The position numbers and the translations under genes were made by a program. A stretch of 64,000 nucleotides of DNA from Eledone cirrhosa (lineage: Eukaryota), in contig OZ024741.1 in the NCBI GenBank assembly GCA_964016885.1, positions 260,648,001 through 260,712,000 of the forward strand, written 5' to 3'. Under the pieces are notes generated by a model that had not been told where the DNA came from, ran no database searches, and was given only the letters and a program-made list of their open reading frames with translations. Of the stretch, positions 38,412-53,400 are shown piece after piece (the first letter of the stretch is position 1; each line of letters opens with the position of its first letter).

Positions 38412-40719
38412 TTACGAGTGTTTCGACTTACGAGTGTTTCGACATACGAGTGTTTCGACTTCCGAATGTTTTTGCTTACGGGTGTTTCGACCTACGAATG
38501 TTTCGGCTTACGAGTGTTTCGGCTTACGAGTGTTCCGACTTAGGAGTGTTTCGGCTTACGAGTGTTTCCGACTTACGAGTGTTTCGACTTACGAGTGTTT
38601 CGACTTTCGAGTGTTTTGACTTACGGTGTTTCGGCTTACGAGTGATTCGACTTACGAGTGTTTTGACTTACGGGTGTTTTGACTTACGGGTGTTGTGAAT
38701 TACCAGTGTTCCGATTTACGAGTATTTTGGCTTACGGTGTTTCGGCTTGCGAGTGTTTCGACTTACGAGTGTTTCGGCTTATGAGTGTTTCGACTTACTA
38801 ATGTTTTTACTTACGAGTGTTTCGGCGTTCGAGTGTTTTGCCTTACGAGTGTTTCGACTTAAGAGTGTTTTGACTTACGAATGTTTTGACTTACGGGTGT
38901 TTCGGCTTATGAGTGTTTCGACTTACGAGTGTTTCGACTTATGAGTGTTTCGACTTACGAGTTTTCTGACTTACGAGTGTTCTGACTTACGAATGTTCCG
39001 ACTTACGAGTGTTTCGGTTTACGAGTGTTTCGACATACGAGTGTTTTGACTTACGGGTGTTTCGACTTACGGGTGTTTCGAGTTACGAGTGTTTCGGCTT
39101 ACGAGTGTTTCGACTTACTAATGTTTTTACTTACGAGTGTTTCGGTGTACGAATGTTTTGACTTAAGGATGTTTCGACTTACGAGTGTTTCGACTTACGA
39201 GTGTTTCGGCTTACGTGAGTTTCGACTTAAGAGTGTTCTGATTTACGAGTGTTCTGACTTGCGGGTGTTCTGATTTACGAGTGTTCCGACTTACGAGTGT
39301 TTCGGCTTATGAGTGTTTCGACTTACGAGTGTTTCGGCTTACGAGTGTTTCGACTTATGGGTGTTTCGACTTACGAGTGTTTTTACTTACGGTGTTTCGG
39401 CTTACGAGTGTTTCGACATACGAGTGTTTTGACTTACGGGTGTTTCGACTTACGAGTGTTTTGACTTACGAATGTTTTGACTTACGGGTGTTTCGGCTTA
39501 CGAGTGTTTCGACTTACGAGTGTTTCGGCTTACGAGTGTTTCGACTTACTAATGTTTTTACTTACGAGTGTTTCGGCGTACGAGAGTTTTGACTTACGAG
39601 TGTTTCGACTTACGAGTGTTTTGACTTACGAATGTTTTGACTTACGGGTGTTTCGGCTTATGAGTGTTTCGACTTACGAGTCTTTCGGCTTACGAGTGTT
39701 TCGACTTACTAATGTTTTTACTTACGAGTGTTTCGGCGTACGAGTGTTTCGACTTACGAGTGTTTCGACTTACGGGTGTTTTGACTTAAGGGTGTTTCGG
39801 CTTACGAGTGTTTCGACTTACGAGTGTTTTGACTTAAGGGTGTTTCGACTTACGAGTATTTTTGGCTTACGAGTGTTTCGACTTACGAGTGTTTTGACTT
39901 ACGAGTGTTCTGATTTACGGATGTTTCGACATACGAGTGTTTCGCCTTACGAGTGTTTCGACTTATGAGTGTTTCGACATACGAGTGTTTCGGCTTACGA
40001 GTGTTTCGACTTACGAGTGTTTTGACTTACGGTGTTTCGGCTTACGAGTGTTTCGACTTACGAGTGTTTTGACTTACGGGTGTTTTGACATACGAGTGTT
40101 TCGATACGAGTGTTCTGACTTACGAGTGTTCTGACTTACGAGTGTTTTGACTTACGAGTGTTCTGACTTACGAGTGTTCCGACTTACGAGTGTTCCGACT
40201 TACGAGTGTTTCGGCTTACGAGTGTTTCCGGCTTACGAGTGTTTCGACTTCCGAGTGTTTTGACTTACGGTTTTTCGGCTTACGAGTGATTCGACTTACG
40301 AGTGTTTTGACTTACGGGTGATTTAACTTACGGGTGTTGTGAATTACGAGTGTTCCGATTTACGAGTGTTTCGACTTACGAGTGTTTCGGCTTATGGGTG
40401 TTTCGACTTACTAATGTTTTTACTTACGAGTGTTTCGGCGTACGAGTGTTTTGACTTACGAGTGTTTCGACTTACGAGTGTTTCGACTTACGAGTGTTTC
40501 GGCTTACGAGTGTTTCGACTTATGGGTGTTTCGACTTACGAGTGTTTTTACTTACGGTGTTTCGGCTTACGAGTGTTTCGACATACGAGTGTTTTGACTT
40601 ACGGGTGTTTCGACTTACGAGTGTTTTGACTTACGAATGTTTTGACTTACGGGTGTTTCGGCTTACGAGTGTTTCGACTTACGAGTGTTTCGGATTACGA
40701 GTGTTTCGACTTACTAATG

Positions 40720-43700
40720 TTTTTACTTACGAGTGTTTCGGCGTACGAGTGTTTCGACTTACGAGTGTTTCGACTAACGGGTGTTTTGAATTACGGGTGT
40801 TTCGGCTTACGGGTGTTTTGACTTACGAGTGTTTTGACTTAAGGGTGTTTCGACTTACGAGTATTTTTGGCTTACGAGTGTTTCGACTTACGAGTGTTTT
40901 GACTTACGAGTGTTCTGATTTACGGATGTTTCGACATACGAGTGTTTCGACTTACGAGTGTTTCGACTTATGAGTGTTTCGACTTACGACTGTTTCGACT
41001 TACGAGTGTTTCGGCTTATGAGTGTTTCGACTTACGAGTGTTTCGACTTACGAGTGTTTTGACTTACGGGTGTTTTGACATACGAGTGTTTCGATACGAG
41101 TGTTCTGACTTACGAGTGTTCTGACTTACGAGTGTTTTGACTCACGAGTGTTCTGACTTACGAGTGTTCCGACTTACGAGTGTTCCGACTTACGAGTGTT
41201 TCGGCTTACGAGTGTTTCCGGCTTACGAGTGTTTCGACTTACGAGTGTTTTGACTTACGGTGTTTCGGCTTACGAGTGATTCGACTTACGAGTGTTTTGA
41301 CTTACGGGTGTTTTGACTTACGGGTGTTGTGAATTACGAGTGTTCCGATTTACGAGTGTTTTGACTTACGGTGTTTCGGCTTACGAGTGATTCGACTTAC
41401 GAATGTTTTGACTTACGGGTGTTTCGGCTTGCGAGTGTTTCGACTTACGAGTGTTTCGGCTTACGAGTGTTTCGACTTACTAATTTTTTTACTTACGAGT
41501 GTTTCGGCGTACGAGAGTTTTGACTTACGAGTGTTTCGACTTACGAGTGTTTTGACTTACGAATGTTTTGACTTACTAATGTTTCGGCGTACGAGTGTTT
41601 CGACTTACGAGTGTTTCGACTTACGGGTGTTTTGACTTACGGGTGTTTCGGCTTACGAGTGTTACGACTTACGATTGTTTGGCTTACGAATGTTTCGACT
41701 TACGAGTGTTTCGACTTACGAGAGTTTTGACTTACGGTGTTTCGGCTTACGAGTGTTTCGACTTACGAGTGTTTTGACTTACGGGTGTTTTGACATACGA
41801 GTGTTTCGATACGAGTGTTCTGACTTACGAGTGTTCTGACTTACGAGTGTTCCGACTTACGAGTGTTTCGGCTTATGAGGGTTTCGACTTACGAGTGCTT
41901 CGGCTTACGAGTGTTTCGACTTACGAGTGTTTCGGCTTACGAGTGTTTCGACTTACGAATGTTTTGGCTTACGAGTGTTTCGGCTTACGAGTGTTTCGAC
42001 TTACGAGTGTTTCGACTTACGAGTGTTTTGACTTACGGTGTTTCGGCTTACGAGTGTTTCGACATACGAGTGTTTTGACGTACGGGTGTTTCGACTTACG
42101 GGTGTTTCGACTTAAGAGTGTTTCGACTTACGAGCGCTTCGACTTACGAGTGTTTCGGCTTACGAGTGTTTCGGCGTATGAGTGTTTCGACTTACGAGTC
42201 TTTCGGCTTACGAGTGTTTCGACTTACTAATGTTTTTACTTACGAGTGTTTCGGCGTACGAGTGTTTCGACTTACGAGTGTTTCGACTTACGGGTGTTTT
42301 GACTTACGGGTGTTTCGGCTTACGAGTGTTTCGACTTACGATTGTTTGGCTTACGAATGTTTCGGCTTACGAGTGTTTCGACTTACGAGAGTTTTGACTT
42401 ACGGTGTTTCGGCTTACGAGTGTTTCGACTTACGAGTGTTTTGACTTACGGGTGTTTTGACATACGAGTGTTTCGATACGAGTGTTCTGACTTACGAGTG
42501 TTCTGACTTACGAGTGTTCTGACTTACGAGTGTTCCGACTTACGAGTGTTTCGGCTTATGAGGGTTTCGACTTACGAGTGCTTCGGCTTACGAGTGTTTC
42601 GACTTACGAGTGTTTCGGCTTACGAGTGTTTCGACTTACGAATGTTTTGGCTTACGAGTGTTTCGGCTTACGAGTGTTTCGACTTACGAGTGTTTCGACT
42701 TACGAGTGTTTTGACTTACGGTGTTTCGGCTTACGAGTGTTTCGACATACGAGTGTTTTGACGTACGGTTGTTTCGACTTACGGGTGTTTCGACTTAAGA
42801 GTGTTTCGACTTACGAGCGCTTCGACTTACGAGTGTTTCGGCTTACGAGTGTTTCGGCGTATGAGTGTTTCGACTTACGAGTGTTTCGACTTACGAGTGT
42901 TTCGACTTACGAGTGTTTCGACTTACGAGTGTTTTGACTTACGAGTGTTTTGACTAACGGTGTTTCTGCTTACGAGTGTTTCGACTTACGAGTGTTATGA
43001 CTTACGGGTGTTTTGACATACGAGTGTTTCGATACGAGTGTTCTGACTTACGAGTGTTCTGACTTACGAGTGTTTTGACTTACGAGTGTTCTGACTTACG
43101 AGTGTTCCGACTTACGAGTGTTCCGACTTACGAGTGTTTCGGCTTACGAGTGTTTCCGGCTTACGAGTGTTTCGACTTCCGAGTGTTTTGACTTACGGTT
43201 TTTCGGCTTACGAGTGATTCGACTTACGAGTGTTTTGACTTACGGGTGATTTGACTTACGGGTGTTGTGAATTACGAGTGTTCCGATTTACGAGTGTTTT
43301 GACTTACGGTGTTTCGGCTTACGAGTGTTTCGACTTACGAGTGTTTCGGCTTATGGGTGTTTCGACTTACTAATGTTTTTACTTACGAGTGTTTCGGCGT
43401 ACGAGTGTTTTGACTTACGAGTGTTTCGACTTACGAGTGTTTCGACTTACGAGTGTTTCGGCTTACGTGAGTTTCGACTTAAGTGTGTTCTGATTTACGA
43501 GTGTTCTGACTTGCGGGTGTTCTGATTTACGAGTGTTCCGACTTACGAGTGTTTCGGCTTATGAGTGTTTCGACTTACGAGTGTTTCGGCTTACGAGTGT
43601 TTCGACTTATGGGTGTTTCGACTTACGAGTGTTTTTACTTACGGTGTTTCGGCTTACGAGTGTTTCGACATACGAGTGTTTTGACTTACGGGTGTTTCGA

Positions 43701-46700
43701 CTTACGAGTGTTTTGACTTACGAATGTTTTGACTTACGGGTGTTTCGGCTTACGAGTGTTTCGACTTACGAGTGTTTCGGATTACGAGTGTTTCGACTTA
43801 CTAATGTTCTTACTTACGAGTGTTTCGGCGTACGAGAGTTTTGACTTACGAGTGTTTCGAATTACGAGTGTTTCGACTTACGAGTGTTTTGACTTACGAA
43901 TGTTTTGACTTACGAGTCTTTCGGCTTACGAGTGTTTCGACTTACTAATGTTTTTACTTACGAGTGTTTCGGCGTACGAGTGTTTCGACTTACGAGTGTT
44001 TCGACTAACGGGTGTTTTGACTTACGGGTGTTTCGGCTTACGGGTGTTTTGACTTACGAGTGTTTTGACTTAAGGGTGTTTCGACTTACGAGTATTTTTG
44101 GCTTACGAGTGTTTCGACTTACGAGTGTTTTGACTTACGAGTGTTCTGATTTACGGATGTTTCGACATACGAGTGTTTCGACTTACGAGTGTTTCGACTT
44201 ATGAGTGTTTCGACTTACGACTGTTTCGACTTACGAGTGTTTCGGCTTATGAGTGTTTCGACTTACGAGTGTTTCGACTTACGAGTGTTTTGACTTACGG
44301 GTGTTTTGACATACGAGTGTTTCGATACGAGTGTTCTGACTTACGAGTGTTCTGACTTACGAGTGTTTTGACTCACGAGTGTTCTGACTTACGAGTGTTC
44401 CGACTTACGAGTGTTCCGACTTACGAGTGTTTCGGCTTACGAGTGTTTCCGGCTTACGAGTGTTTCGACTTACGAGTGTTTTGACTTACGGTGTTTCGGC
44501 TTACGAGTGATTCGACTTACGAGTGTTTTGACTTACGGGTGTTTTGACTTACGGGTGTTGTGAATTACGAGTGTTCCGATTTACGAGTGTTTTGACTTAC
44601 GGTGTTTCGGCTTACGAGTGATTCGACTTACGAATGTTTTGACTTACGGGTGTTTCGGCTTGCGAGTGTTTCGACTTACGAGTGTTTCGGCTTACGAGTG
44701 TTTCGACTTACTAATTTTTTTACTTACGAGTGTTTCGGCGTACGAGAGTTTTGACTTACGAGTGTTTCGACTTACGAGTGTTTTGACTTACGAATGTTTT
44801 GACTTACTAATGTTTCGGCGTACGAGTGTTTCGACTTACGAGTGTTTCGACTTACGGGTGTTTTGACTTACGGGTGTTTCGGCTTACGAGTGTTTCGACT
44901 TACGATTGTTTGGCTTACGAATGTTTCGACTTACGAGTGTTTCGACTTACGAGAGTTTTGACTTACGGTGTTTCGGCTTACGAGTGTTTCGACTTACGAG
45001 TGTTTTGACTTACGGGTGTTTTGACATACGAGTGTTTCGATACGAGTGTTCTGACTTACGAGTGTTCTGACTTACGAGTGTTCTGACTTACGGGTGTTCT
45101 GACTTACGAGTGTTCCGACTTACGAGTGTTTCGGCTTATGAGGGTTTCGACTTACGAGTGCTTCGGCTTACGAGTGTTTCGACTTACGAGTGTTTCGGCT
45201 TACGAGTGTTTCGACTTACGAATGTTTTGGCTTACGAGTGTTTCGGCTTACGAGTGTTTCGACTTACGAGTGTTTCGACTTACGAGTGTTTTGACTTACG
45301 GTGTTTCGGCTTACGAGTGTTTCGACATACGAGTGTTTTGACGTACGGGTGTTTCGACTTACGGGTGTTTCGACTTAAGAGTGTTTCGACTTACGAGCGC
45401 TTCGACTTACGAGTGTTTCGGCTTACGAGTGTTTCGGCGTATGAGTGTTTCGACTTACGAGTCTTTCGGCTTACGAGTGTTTCGACTTACTAATGTTTTT
45501 ACTTACGAGTGTTTCGGCGTACGAGTGTTTCGACTTACGAGTGTTTCGACTTACGGGTGTTTCGGCTTACGAGTGTTTCGACTTACGATTGTTTGGCTTA
45601 CGAATGTTTCGGCTTACGAGTGTTTCGACTTACGAGAGTTTTGACTTACGGTGTTTCGGCTTACGAGTGTTTCGACTTACGAGTGTTTTGACTTACGGGT
45701 GTTTTGACATACGAGTGTTTCGATACGAGTGTTCTGACTTACGAGTGTTCTGACTTACGAGTGTTCTGACTTACGGGTGTTCTGACTTACGAGTGTTCCG
45801 ACTTACGAGTGTTTCGGCTTATGAGTGTTTCGACTTACGACTGTTTCGACTTACGAGTGTTTCGGCTTATGAGTGTTTCGACTTACGAGTGTTTCGACTT
45901 ACGAGTGTTTTGACTTACGGGTGTTTTGACATACGAGTGTTTCGATACGAGTGTTCTGACTTACGAGTGTTCTGACTTACGAGTGTTTTGACTCACGAGT
46001 GTTCTGACTTACGAGTGTTCCGACTTACGAGTGTTCCGACTTACGAGTGTTTCGGCTTACGAGTGTTTCCGGCTTACGAGTGTTTCGACTTACGAGTGTT
46101 TTGACTTACGGTGTTTCGGCTTACGAGTGATTCGACTTACGAGTGTTTTGACTTACGGGTGTTTTGACTTACGGGTGTTGTGAATTATGAGTGTTCCGAT
46201 TTACGAGTGTTTTGACTTACGGTGTTTCGGCTTACGAGTGATTCGACTTACGAATGTTTTGTCTTACGGGTGTTTCGGCTTGCGAGTGTTTCGACTTACG
46301 AGTGTTTCGGCTTACGAGTGTTTCGACTTACTAATTTTTTTACTTACGAGTGTTTCGGCGTACGAGAGTTTTGACTTACGAGTGTTTCGACTTACGAGTG
46401 TTTTGACTTACGAATGTTTTGACTTACTAATGTTTCGGCGTACGAGTGTTTCGACTTACGAGTGTTTCGACTTACGGGTGTTTTGACTTACGGGTGTTTC
46501 GGCTTACGAGTGTTTCGACTTACGATTGTTTGGCTTACGAATGTTTCGACTTACGAGTGTTTCGACTTACGAGAGTTTTGACTTACGGTGTTTCGGCTTA
46601 CGAGTGTTTCGACTTACGAGTGTTTTGACTTACGGGTGTTTTGACATACGAGTGTTTCGATACGAGTGTTCTGACTTACGAGTGTTCTGACTTACGAGTG

Positions 46701-47455
46701 TTCTGACTTATGGGTGTTCTGACTTACGAGTGTTCCGACTTACGAGTGTTTCGGCTTATGAGGGTTTCGACTTACGAGTGCTTCGGCTTACGAGTGTTTC
46801 GACTTACGAGTGTTTCGGCTTACGAGTGTTTCGACTTACGAATGTTTTGGCTTACGAGTGTTTCGGCTTACGAGTGTTTCGACTTACGAGTGTTTCGACT
46901 TACGAGTGTTTTGACTTACGGTGTTTCGGCTTACGAGTGTTTCGACATACGAGTGTTTTGACGTACGGGTGTTTCGACTTACGGGTGTTTCGACTTAAGA
47001 GTGTTTCGACTTACGAGCGCTTCGACTTACGAGTGTTTCGGCTTACGAGTGTTTCGGCGTATGAGTGTTTCGACTTACGAGTCTTTCGGCTTACGAGTGT
47101 TTCGACTTACTAATGTTTTTACTTACGAGTGTTTCGGCGTACGAGTGTTTCGACTTACGAGTGTTTCGACTTACGGGTGTTTTGACTTACGGGTGTTTCG
47201 GCTTACGAGTGTTTCGACTTACGATTGTTTGGCTTACGAATGTTTCGGCTTACGAGTGTTTCGACTTACGAGAGTTTTGACTTACGGTGTTTCGGCTTAC
47301 GAGTGTTTCGACTTACGAGTGTTTTGACTTACGGGTGTTTTGACATACGAGTGTTTCGATACGAGTGTTCTGACTTACGAGTGTTCTGACTTACGAGTGT
47401 TCTGACTTACGGGTGTTCTGACTTACGAGTGTTCCGACTTACGAGTGTTTCGGCT
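40720..47455 (+). repeat. Nested higher-order duplications of about 3.2 kb, 1620 bp and about 0.69 kb
   Basis: Offsets 3231 (40942/44173, 41387/44618), 1620 (44173/45793, 44826/46446, 45110/46730) and 683-699 (41863/42546, 46730/47429). Confidence 0.8.
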
Positions 47456-50400
47456 TATGAGGGTTTCGACTTACGAGTGCTTCGGCTTACGAGTGTTTCG
47501 ACTTACGAGTGTTTCGGCTTACGAGTGTTTCGACTTACGAATGTTTTGGCTTACGAGTGTTTCGGCTTACGAGTGTTTCGACTTACGAGTGTTTCGACTT
47601 ACGAGTGTTTTGACTTACGGTGTTTCGGCTTACGAGTGTTTCGACATACGAGTGTTTTGACGTACGGGTGTTTCGACTTACGGGTGTTTCGACTTAAGAG
47701 TGTTTCGACTTACGAGCGCTTCGACTTACGAGTGTTTCGGCTTACGAGTGTTTCGGCGTATGAGTGTTTTGACTTACGAGTGTTTCGACTTACGAGTGTT
47801 TCGACTTACGAGTGTTTCGACTTACGAGTGTTTCGACTTACGAGTGTTTTGACTTACGAGTGTTTTGACTAACGGTGTTTCTACTTACGAGTGTTTCGAC
47901 TTACGAGTGTTATGACTTACGGGTGTTTTGACATACGAGTGTTTCGATACGAGTGTTTCGACTTACGAGTGTTACGAGTGTTCTGACTTACGAGTGTTTC
48001 GACTTACGAGTGTTCTGACCTACGAGTGTTCTGACTTACGAGTGTTTCGACTTACGAGTGTTTTGACTTACGGGGGTTTCGACTTACGAGTGTTTCGAGT
48101 TACGAGTGTTTCGAGTTACGAGTGTTTCGACTTACGAGTGTTTTTACTTACGAATGTTCTGACTTACGGGTGTTTCGGCTTACGAGTGTTTCGACTTACG
48201 AGTGTTTTAACTTACGGGTGTTTCTACTTACGCGTGTTTCGACTTGCAAGTGTTTCGACTTACGAGTGTTTCGACTTGCAAGTGTTTCGACTTACGAGTG
48301 TTTCGACTACGAATGATCCGACTTACGAGTGTTTCGACTTACGAGTGTTTCGACTTACGAGTGTTCTGACTTACGGGTGTTCCGACTTACGAGTGTTTCG
48401 GCTTACGATTGTTTTGACTTACGATTGTTTTGGCTTACGAATGTTTCGACTTACGAGTGTTTCGACTTACGAGTGTTTTGACTTACGAGTGTTTTGTCTT
48501 ACGGGTGTTTTGACATACGAGTGTTTCGATACGAGTGTTCTGACTTACGAGTGTTCTGACTTACGAGTGTTCTGACTTACGAGTGTTCTGACTTACGGGT
48601 GTTCTGACTTACGAGTGTTCCGACTTACGAGTGATTCGGCTTATGAGGGTTTCGACTTACGAGTGCTTCGGCTTACGAGTGTTTCGACCTACGAGTGTTT
48701 CGGCTTACGAGTGTTTTGACTTACGAATGTTTTGGCTTACGCGTGTTTCGGCTTACGAGTGTTTCGAATTACGAATGTTTCGACTTACGAGTGTTTTGAC
48801 TTACGGTGTTTCGGCTTACGAGTGTTTCGACTCACGAGAGTTTTAACTTACGGGTGTTTCGACTCACGCGTGTTTCGACTTACGAATGTTCCGACTTACG
48901 AGTGTTTCGACTTACAAGTGTTTCGGCGTACGAGTGTTTCGACTTACGAGTGTTTTGACTTACGAGTGTTTTGACTTACGGGTGTTTTGACATACGAGTG
49001 TTTCGATACGAGTGTTCTGACTTACGAGTGTTCTGACTTACGAGCGTTCTGACTTACGAGTGTTCTGACTTACGAGTGGTCTGACTTACGGGTGTTCTTA
49101 CTTACGAGTGTTCCGACTTACGAGTGTTTCAGCTTATGAGTGTTTTTACTTACGAGTGTTTCGGTGTACGAGTGTTTCGACTTAAGGATGTTTCGACTTA
49201 CGAGTGTTTCGACTTACGTGTGTTTCGGCTTACGTGAGTTTCGACTTAAGAGTGTTCTGATTTACGAGTGTTCTGACTTGCGGGTGTTCTGATTTACGAG
49301 TGTTCCGAATTACGAGTGTTTCGGCTTATGAGTGTTTCGACTTACGAGTGTTTCGGCTTACGAGTGTTTCGACTTATGGGTGTTTTGACTTACGAGTGTT
49401 TTTACTTACGGTGTTTCGGCTTACGAGTGTTTCGACATACGAGTGTTCAGACTTACGAGTGTTCCGACTTACGAGCGTTCCGACTTACGAGTGTTTCGAC
49501 TTACGAGTGTTAAGACTTACGGGTGTTTTGACATACGAGTGTTTCGATACGAGTGTTCTGACTTACGAGTGTTCTGACTTACGAGTGTTTTGACTTACGA
49601 GTGTTCTGACTTACGAGTGTTCCGACTTACGAGTGTTCCGACTTACGAGTGTTTCGGCTTACGAGTGTTTCCGGCTTACGAGTGTTTCGACTTACGAGTG
49701 TTTTGACTTACGGTGTTTCGGCTTACGAGTCATTCAACTTACGAGTGTTTTGACTTACGGGTGTTTTGACTTACGGGTGTGGTGAATTACGAGTGTTCCG
49801 ATTTACGAGTGTTTTGACTTACGGTGTTTCGGCTTACGAGTGATTCGACTTACGAATGTTTTGACTTACGGGTGTTTCGGCTTGCGAGTGTTTCGACTTA
49901 CGAGTGTTTCGGCTTATGAGTGTTTCGACTTACTAATGTTTTTACTTACGAGTGTTCTGACTTACGAGGGTTCCGACTTAAGAGTTTTCCGACTTACGAG
50001 AGTTTTGACTTACGGTGTTTCGGCTTACGAGTGTTTCGACTTACGAGTGTTTTGACTTACGGGTGTTTTGACATACGAGTGTTTCGATACGAGTGTTCTG
50101 ACTTACGAGTGTTCTGACTTACGAGTGTTCTGACTTACGGGTGTTCTGACTTACGAGTGTTCCGACTTACGAGTGTTTCGGCTTATGAGGGTTTCGACTT
50201 ACGAGTGCTTCGGCTTACGAGTGTTTCGACTTACGAGTGTTTCGGCTTACGAGTGTTTCGACTTACGAATGTTTTGGCTTACGAGTGTTTCGGCTTACGA
50301 GTGTTTCGACTTACGAGTGTTTCGACTTACGAGTGTTTTGACTTACGGTGTTTCGGCTTACGAGTGTTTCGACATACGAGTGTTTTGACGTACGGGTGTT

Positions 50401-53400
50401 TCGACTTACGGGTGTTTCGACTTAAGAGTGTTTCGACTTACGAGCGCTTCGACTTACGAGTGTTTCGGCTTACGAGTGTTTCGGCGTATGAGTGTTTCGA
50501 CTTACGAGTCTTTCGGCTTACGAGTGTTTCGACTTACTAATGTTTTTACATACGAGTGTTTCGGCGTACGAGTGTTTCGACTTACGAGTGTTTCGACTTA
50601 CGGGTGTTTCGGCTTACGAGTGTTTCGACTTACGATTGTTTGGCTTACGAATGTTTCGGCTTACGAGTGTTTCGACTTACGAGAGTTTTGACTTACGGTG
50701 TTTCGGCTTACGAGTGTTTCGACTTACGAGTGTTTTGACTTACGGGTGTTTTGACATACGAGTGTTTCGATACGAGTGTTCTGACTTACGAGTGTTCTGA
50801 CTTACGAGTGTTCTGACTTACGGGTGTTCTGACTTACGAGTGTTCCGACTTACGAGTGTTTCGGCTTATGAGTGTTTCGACTTACGACTGTTTCGACTTA
50901 CGAGTGTTTCGGCTTATGAGTGTTTCGACTTACGAGTGTTTCGACTTACGAGTGTTTTGACTTACGGGTGTTTTGACATACGAGTGTTTCGATACGAGTG
51001 TTCTGACTTACGAGTGTTCTGACTTACCAGTGTTTTGACTCACGAGTGTTCTGACTTACGAGTGTTCCGACTTACGAGTGTTCCGACTTACGAGTGTTTC
51101 GGCTTACGAGTGTTTCCGGCTTACGAGTGTTTCGACTTACGGGTGTTTTGACTTACGGTGTTTCGGCTTACGAGTGATTCGACTTACGAGTGTTTTGACT
51201 TACGGGTGTTTTGACTTACGGGTGTTGTGAATTATGAGTGTTCCGATTTACGAGTGTTTTGACTTACGGTGTTTCGGCTTACGAGTGATTCGACTTACGA
51301 ATGTTTTGACTTACGGGTGTTTCGGCTTGCGAGTGTTTCGACTTACGAGTGTTTCGGCTTACGAGTGTTTCGACTTACTAATTTTTTTACTTACGAGTGT
51401 TTCGGCGTACGAGAGTTTTGACTTACGAGTGTTTCGACTTACGAGTGTTTTGACTTACGAATGTTTTGACTTACTAATGTTTCGGCGTACGAGTGTTTCG
51501 ACTTACGAGTGTTTCGACTTACGGGTGTTTTGACTTACGGGTGTTTCGGCTTACGAGTGTTTCGACTTACGATTGTTTGGCTTACGAATGTTTCGACTTA
51601 CGAGTGTTTCGACTTACGAGAGTTTTGACTTACGGTGTTTCGGCTTACGAGTGTTTCGACTTACGAGTGTTTTGACTTACGGGTGTTTTGACATACGAGT
51701 GTTTCGATACGAGTGTTCTGACTTACGAGTGTTCTGACTTACGAGTGTTCTGACTTATGGGTGTTCTGACTTACGAGTGTTCCGACTTACGAGTGTTTCG
51801 GCTTATGAGGGTTTCGACTTACGAGTGCTTCGGCTTACGAGTGTTTCGACTTACGAGTGTTTCGGCTTACGAGTGTTTCGACTTACGAATGTTTTGGCTT
51901 ACGAGTGTTTCGGCTTACGAGTGTTTCGACTTACGAGTGTTTCGACTTACGAGTGTTTTGACTTACGGTGTTTCGGCTTACGAGTGTTTCGACATACGAG
52001 TGTTTTGACGTACGGGTGTTTCGACTTACGGGTGTTTCGACTTAAGAGTGTTTCGACTTACGAGCGCTTCGACTTACGAGTGTTTCGGCTTACGAGTGTT
52101 TCGGCGTATGAGTGTTTCGACTTACGAGTCTTTCGGCTTACGAGTGTTTCGACTTACTAATGTTTTTACTTACGAGTGTTTCGGCGTACGAGTGTTTCGA
52201 CTTACGAGTGTTTCGACTTACGGGTGTTTTGACTTACGGGTGTTTCGGCTTACGAGTGTTTCGACTTACGATTGTTTGGCTTACGAATGTTTCGGCTTAC
52301 GAGTGTTTCGACTTACGAGAGTTTTGACTTACGGTGTTTCGGCTTACGAGTGTTTCGACTTACGAGTGTTTTGACTTACGGGTGTTTTGACATACGAGTG
52401 TTTCGATACGAGTGTTCTGACTTACGAGTGTTCTGACTTACGAGTGTTCTGACTTACGGGTGTTCTGACTTACGAGTGTTCCGACTTACGAGTGTTTCGG
52501 CTTATGAGGGTTTCGACTTACGAGTGCTTCGGCTTACGAGTGTTTCGACTTACGAGTGTTTCGGCTTACGAGTGTTTCGACTTACGAATGTTTTGGCTTA
52601 CGAGTGTTTCGGCTTACGAGTGTTTCGACTTACGAGTGTTTCGACTTACGAGTGTTTTGACTTACGGTGTTTCGGCTTACGAGTGTTTCGACATACGAGT
52701 GTTTTGACGTACGGGTGTTTCGACTTACGGGTGTTTCGACTTAAGAGTGTTTCGACTTACGAGCGCTTCGACTTACGAGTGTTTCGGCTTACGAGTGTTT
52801 CGGCGTATGAGTGTTTTGACTTACGAGTGTTTCGACTTACGAGTGTTTCGACTTACGAGTGTTTCGACTTACGAGTGTTTCGACTTACGAGTGTTTTGAC
52901 TTACGAGTGTTTTGACTAACGGTGTTTCTACTTACGAGTGTTTCGACTTACGAGTGTTATGACTTACGGGTGTTTTGACATACGAGTGTTTCGATACGAG
53001 TGTTTCGACTTACGAGTGTTACGAGTGTTCTGACTTACGAGTGTTTCGACTTACGAGTGTTCTGACCTACGAGTGTTCTGACTTACGAGTGTTTCGACTT
53101 ACGAGTGTTTTGACTTACGGGGGTTTCGACTTACGAGTGTTTCGAGTTACGAGTGTTTCGAGTTACGAGTGTTTCGACTTACGAGTGTTTTTACTTACGA
53201 ATGTTCTGACTTACGGGTGTTTCGGCTTACGAGTGTTTCGACTTACGAGTGTTTTAACTTACGGGTGTTTCTACTTACGCGTGTTTCGACTTGCAAGTGT
53301 TTCGACTTACGAGTGTTTCGACTTGCAAGTGTTTCGACTTACGAGTGTTTCGACTACGAATGATCCGACTTACGAGTGTTTCGACTTACGAGTGTTTCGA